From: Takakia lepidozioides
Lineage: Eukaryota; Plantae; Bryophyta
NCBI GenBank assembly: GCA_030704615.1
Contig: CM060731.1
Location: 87,358,001 to 87,422,000, forward strand
Reading direction: 5' to 3'
DNA: 64,000 nt
The translations under genes and the position numbers were made by a program. The notes below the pieces were generated by a model. That model was not told where the DNA came from. It searched no databases and was given only the letters and a program-made list of their open reading frames with translations. This document shows positions 49,180 to 59,800 of the stretch, one piece after another; positions within the stretch are counted from its first letter, which is position 1, and each line of letters opens with the position of its first letter.

Positions 49180-49915
49180 AAATCAGAAATGGGGCACCGC
49201 ATTTCCAAAAAAACTCTAAGAACCTCTTTTGGAAATGCGGCACCGCATTTCCAAAACAGGGGAGGGACTAAATTTTCCATTTCAATGTTGGCATAGTAAA
49301 AAGTAATCGAATTGGAAATGCGGTGCCGCATTTCCAAAATTTCCTTTGTCCACACGCCAGTTTTGGCCTCTCCCGCTCATTGCATGGATGCCACCACGCT
49401 TACAGAGGTCGAACAAGAGGTCGAACAAGGAGGTCGAGATGGCGGATTGAAAATGCGGTGCCGCATTTCATATTGGGGATGGTCGTTGTTCGAAACTGCA
49501 GGCCCATCAGCAAAAATTGGCACCGCATTCCATTGTAAAAAAAAGTCGATGACGGACATGGAAATGCGGCGCCGCATTTCCAGAACGGACATCGCAATTT
49601 GTCCATTTGCAGACCCTCTCTCGGAAATGCGGTAACGCATTCCATCGCGCTGGTCGGAAATGTCACACTTTTCGAAGTGTTGTACGGAAATGCGGCACCG
49701 CATTCCCTTGTCCAAAAAGAAGTTTCCATTGCCAAGCTGGAAATGCGTCGCCGCATTTGCAATGCCAACCTCGTTTCTGATCAATTTATAGACCCGTGTT
49801 GGTATTTCGTGTACCTGGACGGAAATGATGCACCGCATTTTCTTGTCGGACATGGAAAACATGGAAATGCGGCGCCGCATTTCGATGCCGACATGGAAAT
49901 GCGGTGCGCATTTCA
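49180..49915. repeat. E2 downstream palindrome array
   Basis: Twelve cores at 49193, 49239, 49322, 49457, 49519, 49568, 49631, 49694, 49747, 49829, 49871 and 49903, with unrelated linkers. Confidence 0.9.
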
Positions 49916-50168
49916 ATGTCCGACATGGCGTTACTCTGGTATATTCTTGACACATGACTCACATACCGGTTACTCTGCTATATTCATCCGGACAGACACA
50001 TTGTAGAAATGAGACATCAAATTGTAAACAGTGGGCCAATTCCGACAGTTATTCAACACAATGAAACACAATCATACAGAAGTGAGGTACGATGGGTTTG
50101 ATCGGACACGATGTCTCACATTTACCAACTGCAGACAAAACTAAGCCCTTCCTCCTTCTACATGGGCT

Positions 50169-50870
50169 TCACCAAGTCGACGGAACTTCGATACCCCTCA
50201 AAACAAGCTCATCACTGCTGCGGCACCTCGAGGTAAACTGCAATTCGGTCGTTCTGCTGCCCTTGCTGGAGCCGACGACAATGTCATGTCCATCAATGAT
50301 ACCACCATCATACATTGACAAGGTCACTGTGGGCCTCATGTGCCCGTGCGATTCGTCTTCGCAACGCAGCCGAATGTCTCCATACACTGGAAGAGCGGAG
50401 TGATCTGCACGTATATAGTTTTCCCCGGTGCCGTCCTCCCTGGTCCACTGGCAGCAGTTCCAGCGCCAAAGCGAGGCCGTGCGTGATCTGTCCGGCATCC
50501 CTTTCCAGCTTGGTATATCGAGGTCAACAATTTTCAGGACCCACGGACCGCATTGACCCTCGCCCTCACCTCGCTCAAAGCGGTAATAGCCCTCCAGATA
50601 CTCCATTGCGCGCAAAGACTCTTGCTTGATTCCAGCAGCGTCTGTGAAAACAGAGAGCCAGACAATGATGTCTCCTGATTCTGGTTTGAACATAGCATAA
50701 TCGTGGCCATGATAAGGGCAGTCGGCTGGATTTCGGCGGCACGGCATCCTTGAAAAAGAGTAGCGGAGTACGCTCAATGACAGCAGCTCCCGGATGGAGG
50801 AGGAGCAGCGCGGTGGCTGGAAAAAGTTCAAGCTAACGCTGCAATTCCTCACAAACACTCCAGGGCACAT
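50169..50870 (-). CDS. E2 cargo protein of unknown function, paralogue 1 (233 aa)
   Basis: Intact ATG-to-stop ORF, homologous over its length to the divergent neighbour (SF.RMPC.RN..DCP..G.DYAM, GDI++W, RWNCC.WT, YGDIR, DGG.I.G.DIVV, LR.+EVP). Confidence 0.75.
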   Translation of the reverse strand: MCPGVFVRNCSVSLNFFQPPRCSSSIRELLSLSVLRYSFSRMPCRRNPADCPYHGHDYAMFKPESGDIIVWLSVFTDAAGIKQESLRAMEYLEGYYRFERGEGEGQCGPWVLKIVDLDIPSWKGMPDRSRTASLWRWNCCQWTREDGTGENYIRADHSALPVYGDIRLRCEDESHGHMRPTVTLSMYDGGIIDGHDIVVGSSKGSRTTELQFTSRCRSSDELVLRGIEVPSTW

Positions 50871-51094
50871 TTAAATTTCCCCCCTACAGGATCCTGGACC
50901 GATGAAGATTGGCTGCTGCATGAATGTAGCCGTTTCAGTTTCCTACCCTGCCATGCAAACTATGGGCAGTCACTGCCAGGTGGGCCGATAGCCACTGGAC
51001 ACGACGAAGTCCATCCCCTCTTCGATGTAAATGCGGCGCCGAATTTCCATCCGGGGATGGACTTCGGTGGCAGATCTCAAACTATAACTTGTTG

Positions 51095-51858
51095 ATGAGA
51101 AAGATGTATGGCTTCATCCACCGCTGGCGTGATGAACACGTTCCACCTCCGTCGGTGGGTACGTGTGACCCAGATGCTCCATTATTGGAGGCCGGACTGC
51201 TCTTCCGCTTCGTATCATTTCCAAAATCTAAGGGCTTCGTAGCTGTCCGCAAGGTCATCGGCATCCAAGTCGTCCTCAGGTCCTCCTTTGCAAGGATGCC
51301 GTGCTTCCGGAACCGGGACGACTGCCCCTTTGGAGGCATCGATTATGCAATGTATTCGGCCACATCGGGAGACATTGTTATCTGGTACACAGATTACACA
51401 GAAGATACTGGTTCGATTGTGGAAACATTGGTGGCTTTTGAGTATATCGTAGGCCACTACGCCTTCGAGCGGGTGACGATCTTGGTCTGAGAGTCCGTGG
51501 CTCCTGCGCATCCTCGATTCCGATTTTCCCAGCTACGACGGTCACCCATGCAGAAGAAGGCGCACTGCTATGCTGTTGCGGTGGAACTGCTGCCACTGGA
51601 CGTGGGTGGACTCCATCGGAGAGACCTATTCTCCTCGAGGAGTGCGCTCCTCTTCTCCATTGTATGGGGACATTCGCATTGGTGTGGACGACGAAAACGT
51701 GAAGATTTCCATATTCGATGGTGGTATGATTGAAGGGCAGGACATTGTGGTGAACATCACTAGGGGCGGTACAACGGCTGCAATCGACTTTACATGGAGG
51801 AGCCCCCATGACTCATGAGCTAGTTCTGAGAGCAGTCGAAGTCCCATTGACAACGTGA
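51095..51858 (+). CDS. E2 cargo protein of unknown function, paralogue 2 (frameshifted)
   Basis: ORFs 51089-51490 and 51570-51818 plus a shifted tail ELVLRAVEVPLTT*. Homologous to 50169-50870 and 3258-3533. Confidence 0.7.
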
Positions 51859-52323
51859 CTTGTATTCAGTAGGCACAGGGCTCAAGATTTGATGGCACAA
51901 TCAGCACAGTAGACGTGCTTCAAATGCAATTCATGTGGATCAATAAAAACCTCATTGTGCCCTCTTTTTATTCTATTCTGTGTCCATCGTTCCGAGAATG
52001 CGTCATTGCTCATTTCGTTTGGGATTGGGAGTGTGGGTGGAATTTTGCAAATGGCTGGTAGGCTGAAATGGGCCCCCATTGTACAGAGCAGTACCACCCT
52101 ACCATTCGCGAAACATTGCCTTTCAATATATAATTCTAAATAACATTGCCGAACCTCCTTCATCGGGAGGTCCTTCTCCCCCTATGACCGTGGCACCCTA
52201 AACCCTATTCCCGCGGACACTCATTTCCGGAAAATAGTGTTGCTCATGTTTTTTTTCCACACTTACGACTCTGCTCATGGCTCATGCCGCTCATGGCTCA
52301 TGGCTCATGAAATAGCAGCCCCC

Positions 52324-52528
52324 GTTCCGGACTGCCAACTACCAAAGGGAATTCCCGCTGGTTCCAAATCGGTGGAGGGTTCTTAGAGAGAACAAAGGGG
52401 GACCGTTATGCCCCGGTGAGCAGCCGAAGCTCCAAGTTGGCCCGGCGGCCAGGTTGGGAATTAGGCGCGCGCATCAAAGCGAGTAACTATGACTTGAGGG
52501 GGAGCTTACCGAACTGAGGTGCGCGACA
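52324..52528 (+). repeat. LTR-A 3' LTR, right part
   Basis: Matches the LTR-A 5' LTR (ctgccaactacc, cccgctggttcc) rather than the LTR-B variants, and ends in CGCGACA followed by TSD GGATG. Confidence 0.95.
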
Positions 52529-53049
52529 GGATGCCTGAGTAGACAACAAATTGTCAGGTCCTTGGAAAGCTTCTGGCCTGATCATTTCTACATCGTCAAC
52601 AATATCAGACGATATTTGTTTGTCAATTGGAGATGCATTTGTGGCATGGAGAACATATTGATATGGGTATACCTGCAAATGAAATATATTTCAACAAAGT
52701 AGTAAATTTGAAATGGAAGAACGCGTTATCACGCGTGGTTCCGAAAAGAAATCGACGGACATAAAGGAACAACGAATCCATTGACCATTACATATGGTTT
52801 GGCAATATAACAATTTCCATGCAAAGCAAAAGAATATCGAAAGAAAACTGAAATTCCATGGTCTTCACAATCAATTTTAAATAGTAATCTGTGTCCACAG
52901 TAGGACGCGAATATTTACTTATCATTTACTCGGAAATCACGATATTGTGAATTGTCAATATAGTCAAGAACAGGCTTAAACTGTGGATCGTTAACTTTGA
53001 AAGGTGGAAATCCTATGCTTTCAAGAAGCTTGAGACGTTCTCAAATTTC

Positions 53050-53590
53050 AAGAAGCTAATCAAGAAATCTCTAAGTTTGAGAAGGAAGAAATCGTCGACG
53101 TCGATGTTCTCAAAAGACTTGAGAATTTCAGGAGGGTTTAGCAAACACTTCAAAGCCGTATCATCAATCGGCAGAATGTTACTTTGATTGTAAAAACCTT
53201 CAAAACTTTGTCATACTTTAAGGAGTGGTTTCAAGAACACAGGAGGTTGATCTTGTCCCGTTCGGTAATTTGGGTGCAGATTGCTTGGGCAAATGATACA
53301 ATCCTCCTGCGACATGATGAACGCTGGCCGTGACCACGTAGGAGCAAATCCAGAACGACATTTAAGTTTTTAAGCACCATGCAGCTCCAGATACCTAAAA
53401 TGAAGTGCTTGTGTAACTCTTGCCAAACTTCCCGGTACATCTTCCGTCTAAAGATTTGCCGATATCCAACAATAGCAGGAATACTGTAATCAGATTCCGA
53501 AAAACGTGGAACAGGTCCTGGGCTCTGGCGCTTCGTTATTTTGCATAGCACTCCATTAACGTCAAAAATTATCAAGCGAGGTCCCCTCAC
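53050..53590 (-). pseudogene. FCP1/NIF-like HAD phosphatase domain (copy 2)
   Basis: RLIIFDVNGVLC...HFILGIWSC..., then after a shift NILPIDDTALKCLLNP. Confidence 0.75.
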
Positions 53591-53906
53591 AGGTGGAGAT
53601 CTCGGCTGTCGGATCTATGAAGGAGTGATAAAGACACTTAAGTAAATCAAGAAAAGAAGAATTCCATGAACAGATAAGGAACTCAATGACCTCAAAATCC
53701 CAATACATTCTCAAAACTAGTCACTTTAATATCTCATGTTCCACTTCCAGGGCCTCTAGGTACTTTAGATGTGTATCCCATTCATCCTTGTTCTTAGGCC
53801 ATGGAAAGTCCCAGCGATTAATGAATTTCACTCTAGCATCTTGAAAGTAGATATCCTTAGGTATTCCAAAAGGGTTCTGCTCATTGAAGGCCCAAATGTC
53901 CATTTT

Positions 53907-54542
53907 TTAATGCCTCAACTTCTCTAGGTGGGGCTTCAGATGACCCATCAGAAAATCATCCTTGTATGGATCTACAAGTGCTTCGTATTTAGGTAGGAAG
54001 ATGACCAGGCTCAGAGGATTGAGGAAAGACTTGTACATGTTCCCAACGACGTCGATAAGTAGGGTGTTAGACCTGTAGGCTTTAGAGTCGGGGTCTATGA
54101 ACAAGTCGTAAAGTCATTTGAAGTAGATTGGGGCCTTAGGTAGAGTAGGCCAATATGTGTTGAAAGCAAGTCTATGTTCCACACATTGGTCGGAACTGTA
54201 ATGCATGACCTTGTGGGCGTTCCTCCCGAACAAGGCTGATTTGAAATCCACGACAGTCTCTTCTTTGCTAGTGTTCCATAAGATGACCCAAAACTTCTTG
54301 ACGACCCATTTGAGGAAGTCTCCCACCTCATGTCGCATTGCTAACTTAAATCTTCCAGTGGAGATACAAGGCTGCGTTGCGGGAGGGGTTTTTGGCCCAT
54401 TCTGGAGGTAGACCTCACATAGGAACCCGACATCCAGAACCAAGACATAATATCCGGGCTGACATCCATTGGACCCCATTGGAAGAACAACAAAATCCGC
54501 GGGATTGACAACTTGGGAATAGTTGTGTGGTGGATAGATCAT
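53907..54542 (-). pseudogene. FCP1/NIF-like HAD phosphatase domain (copy 3)
   Basis: VLVLDVGFLC...MRHEVGDFLKWVVKKFWVILWNTS...NTLLID...KSFLNP. Confidence 0.65.
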
Positions 54543-55859
54543 ATCATCCTGCCCATTAGGAAATAATTATTAATTCATTAGAAGTTTTTCGCAATGGAAT
54601 GCAGAAAGGAAAGCAGAAGGCGGAGAATGAAGTACCAGCTTTGGCGGCAATTGCTCCAAGCCGGATGAGGTTTCGCCGCCAATTCCCCCGTCCGGTATGT
54701 TTTTGTCGACCCCTCCCATAAGTAACCTCGCGCGATCGCCCGCGGTTTCTGAAGCTGCCACCTTGGGCAACGATATCCTTACTCTCAAGTCGTATTGTTT
54801 CTTCATTGTACGCTGTTGTGTGTCGTTTGTTCTGGTATGTGTCACTTCCTCCGTATTGGACTCACGGATCTACAGAAAATGCGGGTGATTAGACTTCCGC
54901 ATAAATTTTGATTCATTTACGAGACTATCACTAAGCAATAGGTTATTAGTTCCATTGGTAAAAGATTCTGATGTTATATCAAGTTTGTAATAAATTGGGT
55001 TTTACAAGTGTCAGGACAGCTCATAATCTGAAATACTCACGTCAACAGAGTTTTGATCGCCAACCAATGCCCTAGATGCCTGACCATCAATGATGTCTCT
55101 AACTCGTTGGCTTAAACCTTGATATGGTGACATCCGTAATGGCATATCCCCCTCCACAGGACTGAATCCCACCCCTGAGTCTATTTCTGAAATCTCCTTA
55201 TCGAAGACATCTCTAGAATCAGCGTTATCCTTTACATTGTCTCCCCCCACTTCTTCAGTGGAGGAAGACAGCACAGTTGTCTCGGGATTGTCTCCTTCAC
55301 CGGTTTTTGTCTGGGCCTGGATGGTGGCTTTCTTCTGGTACTACCCTCCCTGCTTGTTCAGCTGGTGGATTTCTGCCTTGCTCAATTTGTTCTGTCTCCT
55401 CTTGCAAGAAATTGTTGACGGCATCATCTTGTTGGTAGTCGCCCTTGTCTTCCTCACCTCCCTCAAGTTCTTCATTTTTGTCAGACGTTTCGTTTCCCTC
55501 ACCTTCTTCCTGGTTTTGCTCTGTCTCCAGATCTCTTTGTCCGTCATCTTCATCGTCATCGTCGTCGTCATTTCCTTCGCCATTGTGTCTATGGGTCTCC
55601 TGCCCTCCAAATGTGTCATCACCAACCTCGGTTCCGTCCTCATTCTCCGTGTGGAGGAGTGTGTAGTTAGCGGCAACCTTATTCGCACAGATTTGTTTTT
55701 TCAGGTTGTGATTTATATCGAGGACTCAGACGTTCCTAGCCTACAAAAGATGCGAACATTGAGTAAATAGAATGAACGCGTGATCGCGCGAGGTTCCAAA
55801 GATGTGTGTCGGAAATGGAAATGGAAAAGGAAATCGAATTGGAAATGGAAATGGAATTG

Positions 55860-56808
55860 CTTCCGTGGAGAGCCGATGTTAACATTACGCCTCCAAAAAC
55901 GTTGACAGCCGCCATCCCTTCGCCACAGAACAAGGACACAATGTAGTCGCTCGACTCCGCCCGCAATTCGTGTTCATAAGCGGCACAATCTTTCTCGTGT
56001 TCCGTGAGCTCAGTGTCCGGAGCCTTAACCACTGGTTTAATGGGGCTGAACATCAGCACTCCCTACAGGTGCTCCTTGTGGTTCTCAATCTGGGCAGCTG
56101 TAGCAAGAAATACGTAATCAAGGCACATGAGTGGCATTGAAAATGACTTTGGCCGGCTCATTTAAGGATTGTCGAACTCTCCAGGAAGATACAACCCCTG
56201 AAGCAGAATATACTTGTTCCGCCCCTCGCCAAACCGTATGTACGAAACCAGATTGGAAGAGGACCTTTGCGTCGAGAAGAAAACAAATGCATTGGGGCTC
56301 AGTTGCTGTTTGAAGAACGCATCAAAAATATTCTTGTAATTTCTTTGCATGAAAACAGTTGAGTCATCATCACAGACTGTGTTGACGAACACCATTGCGA
56401 TGTTATCGAAATCCCTCTTTCTCTCAATTTTCAACTGTGTTTTAGCATCCGTGAACCTTCGCTTCCCTCCTATGCGCTGGTAATGTGACTTGAAGGTATC
56501 CTTGAGGTTGCCCATTTCCTTCTCCATGTCTTCAACCCTTTTCTTACATGAAAGCACGTATTTGATGAAAGCGTTACTCACTTTATCGGTCTTCATATTC
56601 ATGTTCACTTTGCTTTTTATGTATTTGGCCCCCGGTTTCGATCGGAATGTCTCGAACTCCGACTTTGTTGAACTTGTACCTTTTCTTCACTTCGAGCCAT
56701 TGTGCTTTTGTGTACGGCTCTGGATGCTGCTTGCTCCTAGCATCAAATCCCAATACCACCATGACATCATCGATGATAAACCGCCTGTCCTTTATTCGAT
56801 CGATGTAA
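55860..56808 (-). pseudogene. Decayed ORF with a possible degenerate beta-class MTase fold
   Basis: One frame with two stops: IAMVFVNTV...QQLSPNAFVFF...ELRAESSDYIVSLFCGEGMAAVNVFGG, followed by an acidic tract. The motif order resembles the E1/E2 MTase. Confidence 0.3.
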
Positions 56809-59800
56809 TCATGCAGTAATCAGTTTTACCTTCAGGGCAGCAAAAGCATTTTGTGCCTCTGCACCCCAGCTGAACTTCATGTCCTTCTTGGTTAGGGTGA
56901 ACAAAGGCACAACTACTCCAGCATATCCTTTGACATGGGGCCTATAATACCCTGTCATCCCCAAATAACACTTAACTGCAGTAGGGTTTTTTGGCAAGGA
57001 AAGGCGCTCAATTGCTGCAATCTTCTCTGGATCAGGCCAAATGCCCTCCTCAGATACCACATGTCCAAGAAATACCAGCTGCAGATTAGCAAATTCACAC
57101 TTATCGGGGTTGAGCCTAAGATTGGCCCTTTTCAGCCTTTTCAGAACCCTCTTTATGTGCCCCATGTGATCTGCCCAATCCTTGCTATGGATGTTAATGT
57201 CATCTACAAAGACCTTAGCACAATCTTTGATCTCTTCTTTAAGAACCCTGTTCATTGCCCTCTGGAAAGTGGCAGTGGCATTTTTCAGCCCAAATGGCAT
57301 GACAAGCCACTCATACAACCCTTTCTTTATAATTACAGCGGTCTTGCTTATGTCTCGGTCATCCATCTTGATCTGCTAGAAACCAGATTGCAGATCCAGT
57401 GCAGAAAACCACTTGGATTTTCCCAACTGGTTCAAGACATCTTGTATCAATGGCATCGGGTAAGAGTCTCTCCTAGTCAGGCGGTTCACAGGCCTAAAAT
57501 CACCACAAAAACGTTTGGACCCATCCTTCTTTGGTGGAAGGGTGACTGGACATGACCACTCTGAACTACTCTCTCTCATTTTGCCTTGTGAGATCAAAGT
57601 CTCAATCTGCCCTTGTACTTCATTTTCCTCCCATTCTGACAGGCGGCTGGGCCGACTCCTGCATGGAGGGAAGCCTTGAGTGTCAATCGTGTGCTCCACC
57701 TCAATGCAGTAGCCAAGGTCAGCCTTGCTCAGTGCAAAGCAGTCCTGGCTTTCCTTCAACTCTTGCTCTAACTCCAGCCTATGTTCCTGACCCAGTTTTG
57801 GATTAATCCTAAGTCTAGTTTTCAGGTTTCTCCAGCGGGTCTCCATTTTTTTTTCATGACTAGGTTCCCAGCTCTCCCCTTCTATACTCTGCAAAGAACT
57901 AGCTACCCTCATCCCCTCTTCCTGCATTATTACTTGATTCTAGTCATGGAAGTCATCTTCAATTTCTACGTTGTTGTTTCCCAGTTCACCATTCCAAGCT
58001 TTCTGGTATGCCTCTTGTATAATTGAAGCAGCCATGCTGCGATGAACTCGTCTCTTCCTGAAGTAGTTCAGACATGCCTTGGTCTTCGAACAAATCTTCT
58101 CCTAGGTTGACTTCATCAATGACCCTTTCAACTTCCCTCAGATTTGCCTCCTTTCCCTCACTCAGACTGGATTCTTTTATTTCTTCATCCTTGTCAGAGT
58201 CAGAGGTCTCAGGATTTGGAAAGTCTTCCTCTATGTCCACAAACTCTTCCTCAGGTTCTCCTTGTTCCTCCCACAAGCCTAGATACTGCTCTTCAGAGAA
58301 TAGTGTCAGCACATTACCAGGTGCTACCGGGTTTCTTGATTTCTCATCCTCTATAGTTCCTCTTTGGCAATCAGACTTAGTGACAGCAGGCTCTACATAA
58401 TTGATGGTATGCAAGGGAAAATGGGCATAATCCTTGCCTGGACCATAGCGGATGCGGATTGTCTCAGCTTCTGTATCCACAACAGCCCCAAAAATTTTCA
58501 AAAAGTCGAGTCCTAGGAGCATGTGATACATGTCCGTGCTCACCATCATAAAGGAAAAGGCGGTTTGTTAGTTCTCCTACCCTCACCTTAAGATCTTCAA
58601 GCCTGCCCATTGCAGTCTCAACAGCCCCTGAAGCTACTATGTAGTTCACGTCTTTATCAGTAACTACAGATCCCATCAGACCAAGATCTCGGACAGTACT
58701 TGCAGATATGACAGACAGCATTGCACCTGTATCAATCTGGCCTAAAATCTGAAAGTCTCCCACTGTGAGCATGTAGAGCTTTGACCTTTCCAGTGTAAGC
58801 ATATGAAATAGTAGGCTCAGCAGTTGCAGAGTACAATGGTTTTGCAGCTGCCCTCACACTCGCTACAACATGACTTGCCTCGTTCTGCTGGACCATTGCC
58901 CTCTCTACTACTTTGACTAAACCTTTCAGTTTGTCCAACTCTCCAGGCACAGTCATAATGAGGTCCATGGGAGATAGTGAAACCCTCCCTTTATAGAAGT
59001 GGTTCGAGATTCTGGACTTGGTTCCCCCTTCCACAGCAGATTTGAAATTGCTTTTTGGGTATATTTCACTCCTGGCCTTGCTTGGCTGCTCACTACTCTC
59101 CCCACTCTTTTCTGGTATTTCTGCTGGTTCAACAACAGGGCTGGAGACAGGAATCCTATTCCTTGGAAGTCTAACTTCATTGACACTGGTTTCAATCATC
59201 AACGCCGTCATCTCTGCAAGGACCTCATCCTCATTATCACAGAACACATCTACATAGTTGGTCCCAGGAGTGCCCATCACAACAGTTTGCTCAAGTTTTC
59301 TACTGCAATCACTCTCATTGTGCCCAAGTACCTTGCAGAAAGAGCATCGCACACCACACATTTCCGTGGAATGCCCAAACCGGTGACACTTGTCACACTT
59401 GGCTTGGGTTCTTCCCTTTGGACAATAAGCAGCTATGTGACCCTCTTCATGGCAAGTGTTACAAAGGCGAGCACGAGGTGGTGTCCTAGATCCTGAGTTC
59501 TCTCCAATGACTGGTCTTCTCTCGAAGTACTTCTGTAGGGTACTGTTCAGCTGATCGAGTCTTCTGTCTACAGGACTGACAAACACAATTGATTCATCTG
59601 AATCCTCTCCTTCCAAGGGCTCTAGAGGTATCTGCCCCAACTTGCCCAGACCTCTCTCAATTTCAATGGCTGTTTCAAGTGCTTCCTCTACGTCAGAAAA
59701 GCGCCTGCCCAGCATCACTCTCGCTATCTCTGGTCTCAAACCTCCTATGAATCTACGCCCTTGCTCCAAATCAGACGCCTCACTCCTCATGAATAGGCGG

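Larger units (their letters stand above)
30125..52323. mobile_element. E2: near-complete Mutator-like DNA transposon (GCM-DDE-SWIM transposase, ParB-MTase gene, two cargo paralogues)
   Basis: Left end GGAGGTTTACTATTTTCATGAGC, right end GCTCATGAAATAGCAGCCCCC, CATGAGC repeats at both ends. LTR-A sequence stops at 30124 and resumes at 52324. Confidence 0.9.
23400..52528 (+). mobile_element. LTR-A: Ty3/gypsy chromovirus whose 3' LTR is interrupted by E2
   Basis: TGTCGCG...CGCGACA termini, 5-bp TSD GGATG at 23395-23399 and 52529-52533, PBS, gag-pol with chromodomain, PPT. Confidence 0.97.

Noticed and set aside
55237-55770. Multi-pass membrane protein on the plus strand
   Set aside because: The hydrophobicity comes from reading antisense to a GAA/GAG/GAC-rich acidic tract on the minus strand.
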